Shown here one piece after another: positions 20,635-42,997 of a DNA stretch of 64,000 bases; the stretch's first letter is position 1; each line of letters opens with the position of its first letter. Both the position numbers and the translations under genes were made by a program. Under the pieces are notes generated by a model. That model did not search any database. It had not been told where the DNA came from and worked only from the letters and a program-made list of their open reading frames with translations. The DNA is from Amoebidium appalachense (lineage: Eukaryota > Protista > Ichthyosporea). The stretch spans positions 3,100,001 to 3,164,000 of the forward strand of contig CAVNZM010000015.1 in assembly GCA_963693365.1 (NCBI GenBank). Reading direction: 5' to 3'.

Positions 20635-21519
20635 CAGTATGCGTCCACGCATAACATACTCCACGCACAACATAACGTCGACGCCGATTTTCAAAAATCT
20701 TAACATACTGACCTCGGTCATTTTTCGGGATTATGTTAGCGCACCAAGGGGTCCTATACATAGTAGGACGAATTATCGGGTTTATCTGGTCAGTTTAGAC
20801 TCCCTATGTTTAGTATTTCGATCTCTTTCCCAGACAAAACAGTGGTTCGCCGTGATTTCAACGACCGCCCAAAGCTCGCCAGGGCCAATGATAGGCGGCG
20901 GCCGCACATATGCATCGCATGGTATGCAAAGGACTCATGTGGCCGACTATGTCGATAAACGAGCAGAAACATACGAAGGCCCCAACTAGTTCGAAGCAGT
21001 CTTGTATAGCTAGTTTTTACATCCTAGTCATATAGGCAGGTTGAACGCATATTAAACCCACCGATCATGACCAAGCCAGTAGTCCAGGTGCAGGCAGCTG
21101 CACTTGGGGCGTTGAATAGTGCACTGCACACAGTAAATGAGGCCACAGACAAGTTTCAGGAAACTACCCAAGAAGCCCAAGCAATCATTTCTGAGGGTTT
21201 TGTAAACGCAAACAACACAATCAACAACGCAACCACACGTGCAATTGCACAAGCCGAAACGGCAAAAGCACAATTGCGCTCGCACATGGAGAGTTTAGAG
21301 AGCCGCAGAGCCCCCACACGCGCGGAATCGCTGAGTCTTTTCCGTGTGAGTTACGGTAATGGTTTGGAGCTTGATGAAACCCTGAATACGGATTTGTATG
21401 AGGCGAAGGGGGAGGGGTTGCCTCTTACTCGTGTAGGTGTGTGGTGCCAAATTCGTGGTGTGAGAGTAAGGTGCCGTGAGGGAGCAGAAAGACTAGTACG
21501 TCCTTGTTTGTATGAGTTG

Positions 21520-21555
<36 letters not shown>

Positions 21556-21728
21556 CTTTTTTGGTTTGGTCCCCTTGAAAAAAATTAGTATGTTTTTATT
21601 ATTATTTGAATCAAATACTTATTGATTTCCTCTGTATTTACTTATTTAGCGGGTTGGGGAGGAGGGGAGGGGGGGGGGGGGGGACTTGATGTACTAAATG
21701 CTAGACTTTCAAGTATTGATTTAGATTT

Positions 21729-21809
<81 letters not shown>

Positions 21810-22074
21810 CACACACACACACATAGGCTTTCACGCTTTCAGCTTCTTCTTTTTTTTTTTTTTTTTTTCAAAGTTTTTTTTTTCCCCGAATTTCCCTTTT
21901 TTTTTTTTTCACCATCTCAAAAAGGAACTAGTATAAGTATTCTTTGTTTATTCATTCATTTGATCAATTTATTATTTGTTTACTACTATACTTATGTCAT
22001 TTAGCGGTTTGCGGATTCCCCGCCCGATGGAGAGGCCCAGTGTGGCCTCCTGGGCGGGCGGGAGGGCGGGCGGG

Positions 22075-22123
<49 letters not shown>

Positions 22124-22231
22124 AACATAATCGAGACGGGCTCTGGGAGCCTATTTTTAGATACTAATTAAAATTTAACATAACGACCTCGACCCTTGTC
22201 GGGGCGGTATGTTATGCGTGGACGCATACTG
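20635..22231. mobile_element. Non-autonomous TIR DNA transposon (Tc1/mariner/pogo-type ends)
   Basis: Perfect 25-bp TIRs CAGTATGCGTCCACGCATAACATAC (20635-20659 and 22207-22231), flanked by TA on both sides (reconstructed empty site TC-TA-GA). No transposase ORF seen. Confidence 0.9.
21067..21588 (+). CDS. Cargo ORF in the TIR element; Ala/Gln/Thr-rich, probably helical/coiled-coil protein
   Basis: ATG-initiated, non-repetitive ORF MTKPVVQVQAAALGALNSALHTVNEATDKFQETTQEAQAII...AQAETAKAQLRSHMESLE. Probable donor site (AGA/gtaagg) near 21466, so the real C-terminus is uncertain. Confidence 0.6.
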
Positions 22232-23065
22232 TAGAGCAGTTTGGAAAAATATCCGGCTCTTAGGTTTTAAAACCCGAAGGGAGGGGGGGGGGGGAGGGGG
22301 GGGGGAGGAATGGGGACTGTTGGTGCAGTGTTAATTTTAAAAACATGCCATCTCAAGATTGGTGGTTGAAGATTTGGTAGGATTGCTGTTGATCCCCTCG
22401 TTAGAAAGAGCATGCTGCATCGAGTTATACCATACCCTCATGGAACTTTCGGAATGCCTGAAAGAAAAACTTTGAAAAACCAAAATGAAATGTTGGAAAA
22501 GAAATGAAAGTGCCCTTGTCAATGAGGAAAAAAGGAAGGGACCCCCCCACCCCCCCCTCCCCATACAAACACGCACACACACACACACAAACACGGGCAG
22601 CACCATTCAAAAAGGTTGTCTGATGTTCATTTGCCAAGAGACCCCTCCCCCCTCCCCCCGCCACACACACCCCATTCCTCACCGCTGCCGCAACCGCAAC
22701 TGCCACCGCCACCAGCATTTTAGGTCTTTTATGACCCCCGTCGGCGCGCCACCGGGAGGGGGGAGGGAGGAAGGGGGGGGGGGGGGGGGGGGAGGAGGAG
22801 GGCGGCATTATGGCAATTTTTCAACTCAAAAACTGATTATACAGAGGTACAACAACATTGAATGGTTTTAAAGGCACATATGGCCCATGTTTGTTCCACA
22901 ATCAAGTGGCAAAGAGCACCTCATTGTGGCCTAGCCAGGCTGGGCTTAGTTGCAATTGGATGGGTGACCTGCCCACCGTGTGATTTGCAAAAAAAATTTG
23001 CATGCATAATCATGCGTGCGATCTCTCGATTGTGTCGCAGTTGGTAGGTCGCCCTCACAGACATG

Positions 23066-23100
<35 letters not shown>

Positions 23101-23128
23101 TGGTGGTGGTAGTGGAGGTGGGTGTTGG

Positions 23129-23173
<45 letters not shown>

Positions 23174-23305
23174 GGGGGGGGGGGGTTCACTTTCGGGGGG
23201 GGGGGGGGGGGAGGGGGGGGTCACTTTCTAAGTTCCACTTTCCTTTTTTGAATACTCCGTAATTCAATCAGGTTGCACCATCTATATACCGTGTAACCTC
23301 CCCAG

Positions 23306-23347
<42 letters not shown>

Positions 23348-24106
23348 AGCACGATCTCTAACCTCTTCCCCTCCTTACCCCTCCCCCCCCCTTCCCCCCC
23401 CCCCCCCCTTTTCCCCTTTCCCCCCCCCCCCCCCCCCCCCCCCCCACCCCCACCCCCAATCGTTGCCGCCACCATCAATACCACCATCACAGGAAACTTA
23501 GTCCCCCTATGACCCCCCACAGTGGGGGGGGGGGGGGGGGAGGGATTCGATCGAATCACTGCCTATCACTGCATCGGCTTACAACGGAGGGAAGCCAAGC
23601 AAGGAGTGATCTGTCACCTGCTCTGTACTCGTTTGGTTTTATTTTTTTTGGTTTTTTTTTTTTTTTTTTTTTGGTGGGGAAGGGGGGGGGGGGGGGGGGG
23701 GAATGGGGAGGGGGAGGGGGGGGGGGGGGGGAGGAAGGGGGGAGGAAGGGGAGGGGGGCCCGTTGCTGACTGAATGCAGAAACCCAATAAGTTACGTTCA
23801 CCGTGGCCTGCCCATCCTGTACCTGCCATTCGTCTGCTGTCATGCCTATTATGAAGTGGCATAGATTACCATGCCCAGACACGTGGTCGTGGTAGAGAGA
23901 GCTGTTAAAGGGTCGCCCAATCTAACACGTTACGATCAGCAACCCCCCCCCCCCCCCCCCCCCCCCCCTCTCCCAAAAAGAAAAAAAAAATTTTTTTTGC
24001 CCGGGCAAGTTCCCCCCCCCTCCCCCCCCCCCCCGCATTTTTAATAAGCTTTTCCCCTTTCCTCCCCTCCCCATCCTGCACCACCACTCCCTCCTCCCCG
24101 CTCCCC

Positions 24107-24152
<46 letters not shown>

Positions 24153-25269
24153 TGCTCCTCCTCCCGCCCCTTCAACACACACACACACAAAACAGACACG
24201 CACACGCACACGCACACGCACACGCACACGCACACGCACGTCACACACAGACGCGCGCCCTTCCTGAATACTCCCACACACACACACACACACACACATG
24301 TATACATTGAGTAGGTGAAGAAGTACATGTGGCCAACTCCAAATGTGCTTGTGTTTGAGAGTCCAAGGTATATAGATTAGAATGTGATCGGGAAAGTATG
24401 TGTGAATGGCGGTGTTTTGGCATTTGTGCTTTTTAGCCATCACGAGAGGCCAAAGCAGCCTACAGCCAAGTAAGCTCTATATACTAGTTAGTATTCATGA
24501 TGATGTGATCTAATTGCCAGTGTTGCAATATTGACTCATGATTGTGCAATGAAAAAACAACATAGTGCTTTATATCAGCTCTCGTTGTTAGGGTAATGAC
24601 CATAGATGCTGCATGTTTCCAATCAGTGGCAATTTCGCAGAGCAAAAATAACCATAAACTACAGCAAAGTGCTGTTTTTTCCCACAATCGCGGCAGCATT
24701 TGCTACCGAGCATCACAGCCAGGCTGGGCACATTAGTTGGTGGCCTCCCCAGAGGACATTGTGCATGCTTCCACCGGCCGTTACGGTGCATGCAGCCGTT
24801 ACACGTGCTGGGGTTGCAAGGTCGCCCCATTCGTAATTGCTGAAATATATCCCATTATGATATTCTGTTTTGTTGTTTTGTTGATATTTATGTTTTTTTT
24901 AGGCTCCCTGCATGGTGGTTAGGTGGGGGTTAAACAAGAAAAATCATTTTCCATCTATAACAAATTACTCATCCCCCTTACCCCCCTCCCCCTCCCTTCC
25001 GCCTTCCCCTCCCCCCCCCTCCCCCCCCCCCCCCCCGCCCCGCCCCTTCCCTCCTCCTCACACACACAAAAAAAAGGAATTCTCCTACAGGCCCCGCACA
25101 CACATGTGCGAGCACCCACATTATTCGCAGCCCTTTATCAGATCCTTATTTAACCAATTGTCTCTACACCTCCCCCTTCCCTTCCCTAGATCCCCACCGG
25201 CACCACCAGAGGAAGTTAAGTCCCTCTATGACAATCACATATTCCCAGCCCCGGCCTCCTCTCCCCCCC

Positions 25270-25305
<36 letters not shown>

Positions 25306-26799
25306 TTGTCCCCAACGAAAAAGTGGGGGGACGGCGGAAGGGCGAAGAAGGAAGGCTCGGGGGGGAAGGGAGCAGAGGGGGGGGAGAGGGGGGGGGGGGG
25401 GGGGGGGGATGATTTGCTGAATAATTGTGAATGCCGACTGTGTCAATTGTGCCTGATTAGTCAGATGTCATTTGAGCAAAGTTTAGCTTTTGCGCATGTG
25501 AGTGGATCGTCTTTGCCTCTTTGCCTCTTGATTGTCAAGCATATAAACCCTCATCGGATGAACAATTCAAGCCAAAAAAAATCCATACCAAGTGATCCCC
25601 CCGTTCTTCCCCTATACACAAGTCAACACTTTGCCCACACGTGCACACACTCGCGCACGTGACACTGTGCAGACACACACCAACACACGCAAACGCACAC
25701 GTGCACACACACACAAACGGGCGCACGTGTGTGCGCGTACGCGCACGTGCATGCGCACTCACACACACACCAGGTCGCAACACGTTTTGGGTTCCTTCTA
25801 GTCTCTTACGATTATGTAACACCAGAAAATTAATTTATGATGGCCATACTGCATTTGAAGTGAACCGTCGACATAGTTTTCACCTGAGACATCTGAAATG
25901 TTTAACTTGAACTTGAACTTTGGGGGAGGGGAGGGGAGGGGGGAAGGGGGGGGGGGGGGGGGGGGGGGGGGGGATTGTTTATACTGAGAATGGTTATGCT
26001 GCAGCCTTAGACTAATAGTTGCCAACGGGGGAGAAGGGAACGGGGAGGGGTTGGCAGTAATGAAAATGGGGGAAGGAGGAAGGGGGGGGGGAGGGGGGGA
26101 GGGGGGGGGGGGGGGGGGGGGGGGGGCTTGGCCATCTCTAGCTTGATAACACTAAGTTATTCACAGTATAGTAATATCTACTTAGGGGTTTTCAAATAGA
26201 TACAAATATCCCACAATCACATACCGGAAGTACATTTAACCATATGAACCAAGCAGAGCACACTCGGGTGGGTGACCTGTCCATTGTCACGAATTGCATG
26301 GATATGGATAGCATGCATAGACGTCGTCACAGTGTGCTGAGGTTGCCCAGAACCGAATTGCTGAAGAAGGCTTCTTACCTTTTTTCCTCCTCCGGTAGCA
26401 GAATAAAGCAGAGTTGATCTCCCGTAAGTTATTCCCCTCTCCCCCCCTCCCCTTCCCCCCCTTTCTCCCCCCCTTCCCCCGGGGGGGCAATCGTATTGTC
26501 GGAATTTCTAAATCGTAATGGCGGTGCTCGTCTCATTTACGACTCGTATAGACCCCGTACATTATTGAATTTAGAGAACTAGTTCTTTCAACTTATGCTC
26601 TCCGCTAGGAATTGCACACCCCCATAGGCAAAACAGGGCTTCGAAATTCATATTCCGCTCTGGAGTGCCAAAATAGCCACCTGTTTTTTTTTACCTGTAC
26701 AAACACCGTGATTTTTTGTATAGAAACACACCATAATACACTATTGAGACCTATTCGACTGCTACGACAGACCAATACAGCACCTAACCTCTATACGGC

Positions 26800-26853
<54 letters not shown>

Positions 26854-27223
26854 ATCAGTAGCATGATTTTAAGAATATTTGTTGATCTCTCCCACAATCA
26901 AGCGGCAAAAATACCTTCTACCGTCATGCCATGCTGGGCACACTCGTGTGGGTGTTCTGCTCACCGGGTGACTTGCATGCATAAGCATGCGTGCAATTGC
27001 AGATGTCGTGTTCTTACAGTCATGCGCGCCCAACACAGAACTATGCTTAAAAAGGCGTTGTTCTTTTCTCTTTATGTTGTTACTTCCTTGTTCTTTTGTT
27101 TTTGTTTTATAGGCACTCCATAATCCAGTCATAAATTACGATATTTTTGATTTTCTTTCATCAGTGACCCCCCCATCCCCCCCCCCCTCCCCCCCCCCCC
27201 CCCCTCCCTCCCTCCTCCCCCCC

Positions 27224-27256
<33 letters not shown>

Positions 27257-27306
27257 AAACCCCCCACAAAGAAAGCCGAACATAAAGAAAGAGTACACCT
27301 CCCCCT

Positions 27307-27345
<39 letters not shown>

Positions 27346-27472
27346 AAAAAAAAAAAAAACCTCCCACAAAGAAAACCGAACAAACCGAAAGAGTACACAG
27401 TTTAACAAACACACACACACGAACAAGCATACACACACAAGCATGCACGCACATGCGTGCGCACGCACACAA

Positions 27473-27520
<48 letters not shown>

Positions 27521-27560
27521 AAAAAAGGAAAAAGGGAGACTGACCTCAACAACAGCTCCT

Positions 27561-27638
27561 TCGTTCGAGTGTGGATCGAAAACCACAGACCCGGGGCTAT
27601 GGAGTTCAATCCTGAACCAATGGTTCTAGTATGGACGA
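27561..27638 (-). pseudogene. Possible degenerate tRNA or tRNA-derived SINE head
   Basis: Minus strand has a T-arm-like hairpin TGTGG-TTTTCGAT-CCACA and partial acceptor-stem pairing (TCGTCCA...TCGAACGA). The D and anticodon arms do not fold convincingly. Confidence 0.25.
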
Positions 27639-27711
27639 CTTATGTTTCTATGATGCATCTTGCAAACCAGATTATCGTATAACAAGCCCTGTAGGACAGC
27701 GTATCCCCCCC

Positions 27712-27743
<32 letters not shown>

Positions 27744-28622
27744 TTCCCCCGCGCCACTGAAAATATCATTAAAAGGAATGCCTAGTCGTCACCATGTCGT
27801 GTCCCACAATCAACAGGAAGTTCCTCTCCTCGCAGCACGGCCAGGCTAGGGTACACTAGGGTGGGTGACCTGTCGACCATGCATGCAACCACATGCAATC
27901 AATTTCGGCATGCTAACCAAGTTATCCTCGCCCATCACAAAACTGCTAAATGGAGTTCCCCCCCGGCCCATCTTTCCCCTTCAATATCCTTTCCCTCCCC
28001 CCTCCCCTGGCCCCTTACAAAGAGTGTTCCCAGCACCAAAAAAAATATCCCCCCCCCCCCCCCCCCCTCCTCCTCCCCCCCCCCTCCTCCTCCCCCCCCC
28101 CCCCCCCCCCCCTCCCCCTTCCTCTCCCTCTCAAAAAAATAACCTTTAAAAATTAAAATAAAAGAAAGGAACTCTCACTCTCACTCTCAGCTCTCGCACA
28201 CACACAGAAACACACACACACAAATAATTACGCGAGTGTCAAGCTCTCAGCCTTCCCAGAACCGTCTAGCCTATGCTCTTTGAACTTCTCCTTAATCCCC
28301 CCCCCCCTCCCCCCTCCCCTCCCCTCCTCCCGTCCGGGATGCCCCACCAACGATTGGCCCCCCAGAGGTATTTATGAACTTAACTTAAAGGCTGTTATTG
28401 GCTAACAGGACTTAGGTGGGTGTGTGAGTGGGGGAGGGGGGGGGGGGAGGGGGGGAAGGGAGGGAGGGGAGGGGAGGGAAGGGGAGGAAAGAAAGAAGAA
28501 AGACCGCCATTGGCAAGAACTTCTCGGTTTTTTTCCCCCTTTCAATGTGTTTTTATTTTCTTGCGCGCGTGTGGTGTGGTGGTGGTGACAGTGGTATTAG
28601 TGACGGTGGTGGTGGTGGTCGT

Positions 28623-28653
<31 letters not shown>

Positions 28654-29612
28654 GGGGGGGGGCAAATGCGGAGCCTCGGGCAAGTTTTGGAGTGGGGTAT
28701 GAAAACGTAATGATTTTATAAAGAATTGAGTGCATGGTTGTCGCAGTTGGAGCATACACGGGAGAGCAGGGGGGTAAGGAATCCTGCTCGTCACCTACGT
28801 AAACGTGTGACCTTTCTGGTGTTTATCACATGGTCAGCCCGTATCGTTATGGAGTAAAAAGGTCCCCTTGGGGGCTGGCACCCACCTAAGGCAGTGGGAT
28901 TGGGGAAAGATGTGGGAAAATTCGTTTAAAATGAAAACAACAGTGAGATTATAACGGTAGGATACTTCTAACTTGTGAGAAAAGAAATTTCCGAATGACC
29001 ATCACACTGAGTCCTTTACCTGTTCACGTTCTTGTGTTTGTTAATTATCCAGGAGGGGCCAAGGGGGGGGAGGGGGGGGGGGGAGAAGAGGGGGGAAGGG
29101 GGGGGGGGGGGGGGAATGGGGGGGGGGGAGGATTTTATGTAGAGGTTATCATAGAGGGATCCAAATTCCCCAAATTCGTGCTGTTGTCCTCTACGCAATG
29201 CGGAAGGGTGGGTGTCACTGGGGAATTGCATAAAACCAACTCTGTCTCCTGGTTTAATTGGTGCCACCACCCTCGGTTTTTACGCAACATGAAGAGATTG
29301 GGGCAAGGCTAGTTCAGAAGTCTTAGAGTCTCAGAGTGGTGATGCCTCAGAAAACGAAATGACTGGGTGAGTGTGAGGGGGGGAGGGGGGGGGGATTTGG
29401 CGGCCAGCGGTAAATAGGGGAGGTGGTGGCGGAGAGGAGGCCTTTGAGAGGGGTATAAGGGGAACCAAGGGAGTTGTGCGTGTGTATGTGCACGTGTGGA
29501 TGGGTGGGTGGGGAGAGGGGGGGGGGGAGGGGGGGTGTCCCATTTCAACCCTTGCAATCTAAACGGCTCATCGCAAAACCACATCCGCCCCCGTCTCTCC
29601 TCCTCCCCCCTC

Positions 29613-29643
<31 letters not shown>

Positions 29644-30552
29644 AAAAGAAGAAAGGAAGAAAGAAAGAAAGAACGGGAGAGATCAAATTGTTATATCCGC
29701 TTTCAATAATCATTATGTCGGATCGGCGCCATTTTTCTTTTTTAAGAATGTAAACTGAAGCAGAGCCATATTTTCAAAATGTGTGTAGATGCTGTTTGGT
29801 CCCACAAGCGAACGGCAGAAAATACCTCCTACCATCACAGCCAGACTGGGTACACTCGGGCGGGTGACCTGCCCACCTTGTAGCTTGCATGCAATTAAAT
29901 GTGTGCACAATCTGGCTCCCAAAAACCAGAACCGCGTAGTTAAATTGAAAGGTTGCCCACAAGGAATTGCTGAAGGGTTTCTTACAGATGCTTTTTATTT
30001 TATGTTTTGTTCATTTGTTGCACTACACCCTGATGCCCCCCTGGGGCGAGAGAGGGAGGGAGGGGAGGGGGGAGGGGGGAAGGGAGGGGGGACGTGGGAG
30101 GGGACGGGAATGGAGGGCAGGGGGGAAGAAAGACATGTGTTTGTGCGGGTGTGTGGCGTGAAAATGTTCCTCTGACTGAGTGTCATATATATATTCGTGC
30201 GGTGGGGTAGGTGGGGCGGGCTGATTTTTCCCTTTCTTTCCTTTTTCCCTTGTTTTGTTTTTCGAGCGAGGGGGAGGGGAGGGTCAAATACTCACGGTGA
30301 AGTTTCGAATCGAATTCAGTGCACTAAATTATATCAGAAGTGGTTGTTGTAGTTAGAGGATACATGAGAAAACAAGGGGATGGGGGATCCTGCTCGTAAC
30401 CTTTCTAAACCTGAGGTATACGCATTCGTCAAGTGCTCAGTCTGTATCCTTATGGTGTGAATGGGTCTCCTAGCGCCGACTGGTATTCACCCAAGGCAGT
30501 GGTGTTGGGTAAAGACGTTAACAAAACCGGTAAAAATGAAAGGGGGAGAGGG

Positions 30553-30589
<37 letters not shown>

Positions 30590-31500
30590 GGGGAGGGGAG
30601 GGAGGGAATGTAGATTGCACATGTGGTTGCTTGCTGCAGAGGCCAGCAACATGAGCGCGGGGCTAGGCTCTGGCCTGTCGTTTACTGTAACAGCGTTGAA
30701 TAGGGGGATGGGGCGGGGGGGGGGGGGGGGGGGGGGGGGGGGCATGGATGGGGGAGGGTCAGTTGAGAAAGGGAAAAACTTTCTTAGGGGTGAGGGGGGG
30801 AATCAAGAAAGAGTTTTGTGTGTGTGTGTGTGTGCGCGCGCGCGCGGGCGTGTGTGTGTGTGCGTGTGTGTGTGTGCGTGTGTGTGTGTGTGTGTGTTTT
30901 TGTGTGTGTGTGCGTGTGCGTGTGCGTGCATTTGACAGTGTGTGGGCGTGTGGGGGTGAGTGGGGGTGGAGGGGGGGGAGGGAGGGAGGGGGCAGGCGGG
31001 GGGGGGGGGGGGGGGGGGGAGAAATGAAATTTTTTCACCAGGAAATGTTTGCTCGAGATTTCTGAATTGTGTCATGGGGTTTTGCCATGTCTTTCAGTGC
31101 TGATTGGTCATGTTATTATTTAACTACATGAGTTACACGTTTCTAAGAGCTATTTTGTTTGAGTTTCTATGATGTATTGGGCATCCCCGCTATGTATCCC
31201 CATTATGACGTAACATGGCGGGAAGGGGAGATTGGGGGAGGAGGGAGGGGGACGGGCATTGATGGGATTGGGGGAGGGGGGAGGGGGAGGGGGGGGGGGG
31301 GGGGGGGGGGGGCATTAATGGGAATGGGGGGGGGGGAGGGGGGGGGGGGGCATTCATGCTATTGGTCAAGGAAGCATTGATTAGGGGAAGAACTCATGTG
31401 GCCAACTCCAAATGTGTGTATGGTTTGAGTGTGTGAATGTCGGAGATCTGGCTTTTGTAATGTTAGCCGTGACGAGATGTGGAGGTAGCTTGCAGCCAAG

Positions 31501-32334
31501 AATGCATTATATACTATCATTTGTTACTAGTCATGATGATGTGATTCAAAAGCAGCTAATGCGATATAGAATAGTTATGATGGTGCATTGAAAGACTCTG
31601 AATACGGTCACCTCCAGGCTCCGCTGTTTATCTTGATCATGGGCGAGGTAGGCTTCTGATCATTTGCAATAATTATTCAACAAATCAAAAATATTTACTA
31701 TCTAACTTAGAACGCTGTTTTTTCCCACGATCACACAGCAGAAAATGCTACCGACCATTACAGCCAAGCTAGGCACATTTTGTTTTGGGTGATCTCCCCA
31801 CAGTGCATGGTGCATGCTTCAACGGTCGAAATCGTGGCACAGCAGGCATGGGTGGGTTTTGATCGTGGCCGAAAAGTCGCCCTACTCATAATTGCTGAGG
31901 GATTTCCTATTGATCAGAATGCATTATATACTATCATTTGTTACTAGTCATGATGATGTGATTCAAAAGCAGCTAATGCGATATAGAATAGTTATGATGG
32001 TGCATTGAAAGACTCTGAATACGGTCACCTCCAGGCTCCGCTGTTTATCTTGATCATGGGCGAGGTAGGCTTCTGATCATTTGCAATAATTATTCAACAA
32101 ATCAAAAATATTTACTATCTAACTTAGAACGCTGTTTTTTCCCACGATCACACAGCAGAAAATGCTACCGACCATTACAGCCAAGCTAGGCACATTTTGT
32201 TTTGGGTGATCTCCCCACAGTGCATGGTGCATGCTTCAACGGTCGAAATCGTGGCACAGCAGGCATGGGTGGGTTTTGATCGTGGCCGAAAAGTCGCCCT
32301 ACTCATAATTGCTGAGGGATTTCCTATTGATCAG
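31501..32334. repeat. Perfect 417-bp tandem duplication
   Basis: 31501-31917 equals 31918-32334 (aatgcattatatactatc...cctattgatcag), with AG microhomology at the junctions. Confidence 0.95.
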
Positions 32335-33739
32335 GCATTGTGTTTTGTTGTTTTGTTGATAAATTTATTTTTTTACTCCCCGTACCCCAATTAGGTGAGA
32401 TTTATCACGGAAAAAATGGTTTTCCATCCAATAAGAATTACTCATCCCGGGGGTTGGGGCAGGGGTAATGGCGGGAAGGAAGGGTGGGGGGGGCTGAGGA
32501 ATGGAGAGGGGGGGGGGGGGGGGGGGCGGTTGGCAGCAATGGAAAGGGGGGGGGGGGGGGGGGGGTAAGAAAAGGAGGGGAGGAGAGGGGGGACAGGGGA
32601 GAGGGGAAGTTATTCACAATTTGTATATGTCTAGCTTAGGGATTTGAAATTCGAATAGTTGGTAACATTATCGCACAATCGCATGGCAGAAATATTTGTA
32701 ACCTCCTTGTTAACAGGCAGGGCATACTTGGGTGGATAACCTACCCATTGTATGGTTGCATGCATCCATATGCATGCATAGCCGCATCAACGCTGAGGTT
32801 GCCCAGAATCCCATTGCTTTTAAAAAGACAATTTTTTAGTTTCTTCATTTCCCTTTTTCTTCTGCCAGGTTTGTGTTTTTAACAACTTTTGGGAGACTCC
32901 GATGACCATTCATGTAGCATGAAGCCTTGATACAGACTTGATCTTCCGTAAGTGATCCCCTTTCCCCTCCCCTCTCCCCCCCTCCCCCCCCCCCCCCCTC
33001 CCCACTCCTTCATCGTGTACATTTGGTTGTGCATTCGTGCACATCAGTGTGCATGTGTGGGGGGTTGGTGTAGTGGAATTGGGTGTTTGGGGAAGCGGAG
33101 GAAGGGGGGGGGGGGGGAGGGGGGGGGGGGGGGGGGAGGGGGGGGAGGCGGAGAGGTGGACAAGATGAAGAGCTGGCGAGCCTGTAAAGATACTTACCCA
33201 AAGACTCATATTTTTTGCTGTGACAGGGTTAAAAAGAAAGAAAAAAAAGAAAAGGGAAAGACAAGGAAATAAACCGCACACCATGTCCAGATCCAAACAA
33301 AACCTTGCCTTCTCCGAGTTGGTGTTGGTTATGTATGTTTGGTTGATATTCTTAGGGTGTCCGTCTGTGTTTGTTTGAGGGAGAGAGAGAAAGAGAGAGA
33401 GAGAGAGGGAGGGAGAGTGTGTGTGTGGGTGGTAGGGTGGGGTGGGATTGTCCGGAGGGGGGGGGGGGGGGGGAGCGGGGGAGCGCCGGGGGGGGGGGGG
33501 GGGGGGGGGGGGATAAAATGTGATGGTTAGGCAAAATGTACCAAGACAGACGATTTCAACGGTGATAAATAGTTTGTTGCCCTGCACACGGGGGGCACTG
33601 ACATCAAAGTATGTTCGTCTTTCCTCCTGTGTATTTACAGCTAGGTATGTTTCGAACTTTCATTGACAGCTGCCATGGCCACTTGTTTACTGTTGCGTAG
33701 CTTTCTATGAGAAAATGATTTGGAGCTATTTTTTTTTTT

Positions 33740-33799
<60 letters not shown>

Positions 33800-34002
33800 G
33801 GAGGGAGGGAGGTGATGGTAAACGGTGTGTGTGTGTGCGTGTGTGCACGTGTCTCTGTGTGTGTGGGGGGGCCCCGGCTGATGTTTCCACCTTTGAACAA
33901 ACAACAGCTTTATTATTATTCCCTCAGTTCAGCTAGGGCCGCCCTTTAGAAGGCACACAATCACAGGTCTAGCAGGCCCCCCCCCCCCCCCCCCCCCCCC
34001 CC

Positions 34003-34086
<84 letters not shown>

Positions 34087-34692
34087 CTCTAACTCTCTCT
34101 CCAGGAAAAAAAAAATCCGAGCGATCCGAGCCATCCATCTACCCCATATTGATCATTTCCATACCAGCTTACCAAGCACCTATCATATAATCACCATAGA
34201 CAGACGCCGCAAAACACAGCCACCCATAGTACTTGTGTTTTTGCCTTGCGTTTTCATAACAAAAAGATCAAATGGGAGAGAGGTCCGTCAATTCTTCTTT
34301 CCGTTCTCCAAACAAGCTGTAGCTGATTTGTGCCAGAGCTTCTGCCAATCCCCCCCCCCCCCCCAAACAAAAAAAAAAAAAAAGAGAGAAAAGGGCGGAG
34401 GGAAAAAAAAAAAAAAGAAAAGAAAAAAAAAAGATGATTTGTAGAGAAATGAACTTGCAACAACTGCTGCCTCCTCCCCCCCCCCCCCCCCTCTCCCTCC
34501 AAATACACATACTCTCACTCGCGGAAACCCATGCAGGCGCACAAGCAGAGGCAAGTTCACAAAACCAAACAAAAAATGAAACAAACAAAAGAACAAATAA
34601 ATAAAATAAAAAAAGGGCATAAACGGGAACATGGTGAACCTCGCGTTTTCCTTTAGACGGGCGCCACCTTTTAAGCCGGGAGGGTGCCTGTC

Positions 34693-42997
<8,305 letters not shown>

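Noticed and set aside
19232-20761. 509-aa ORF as a distinct RT gene
   Set aside because: Its first ~48 aa come from the TIR element and junction, and the N-terminal RT motifs are missing. It is a chance in-frame fusion.
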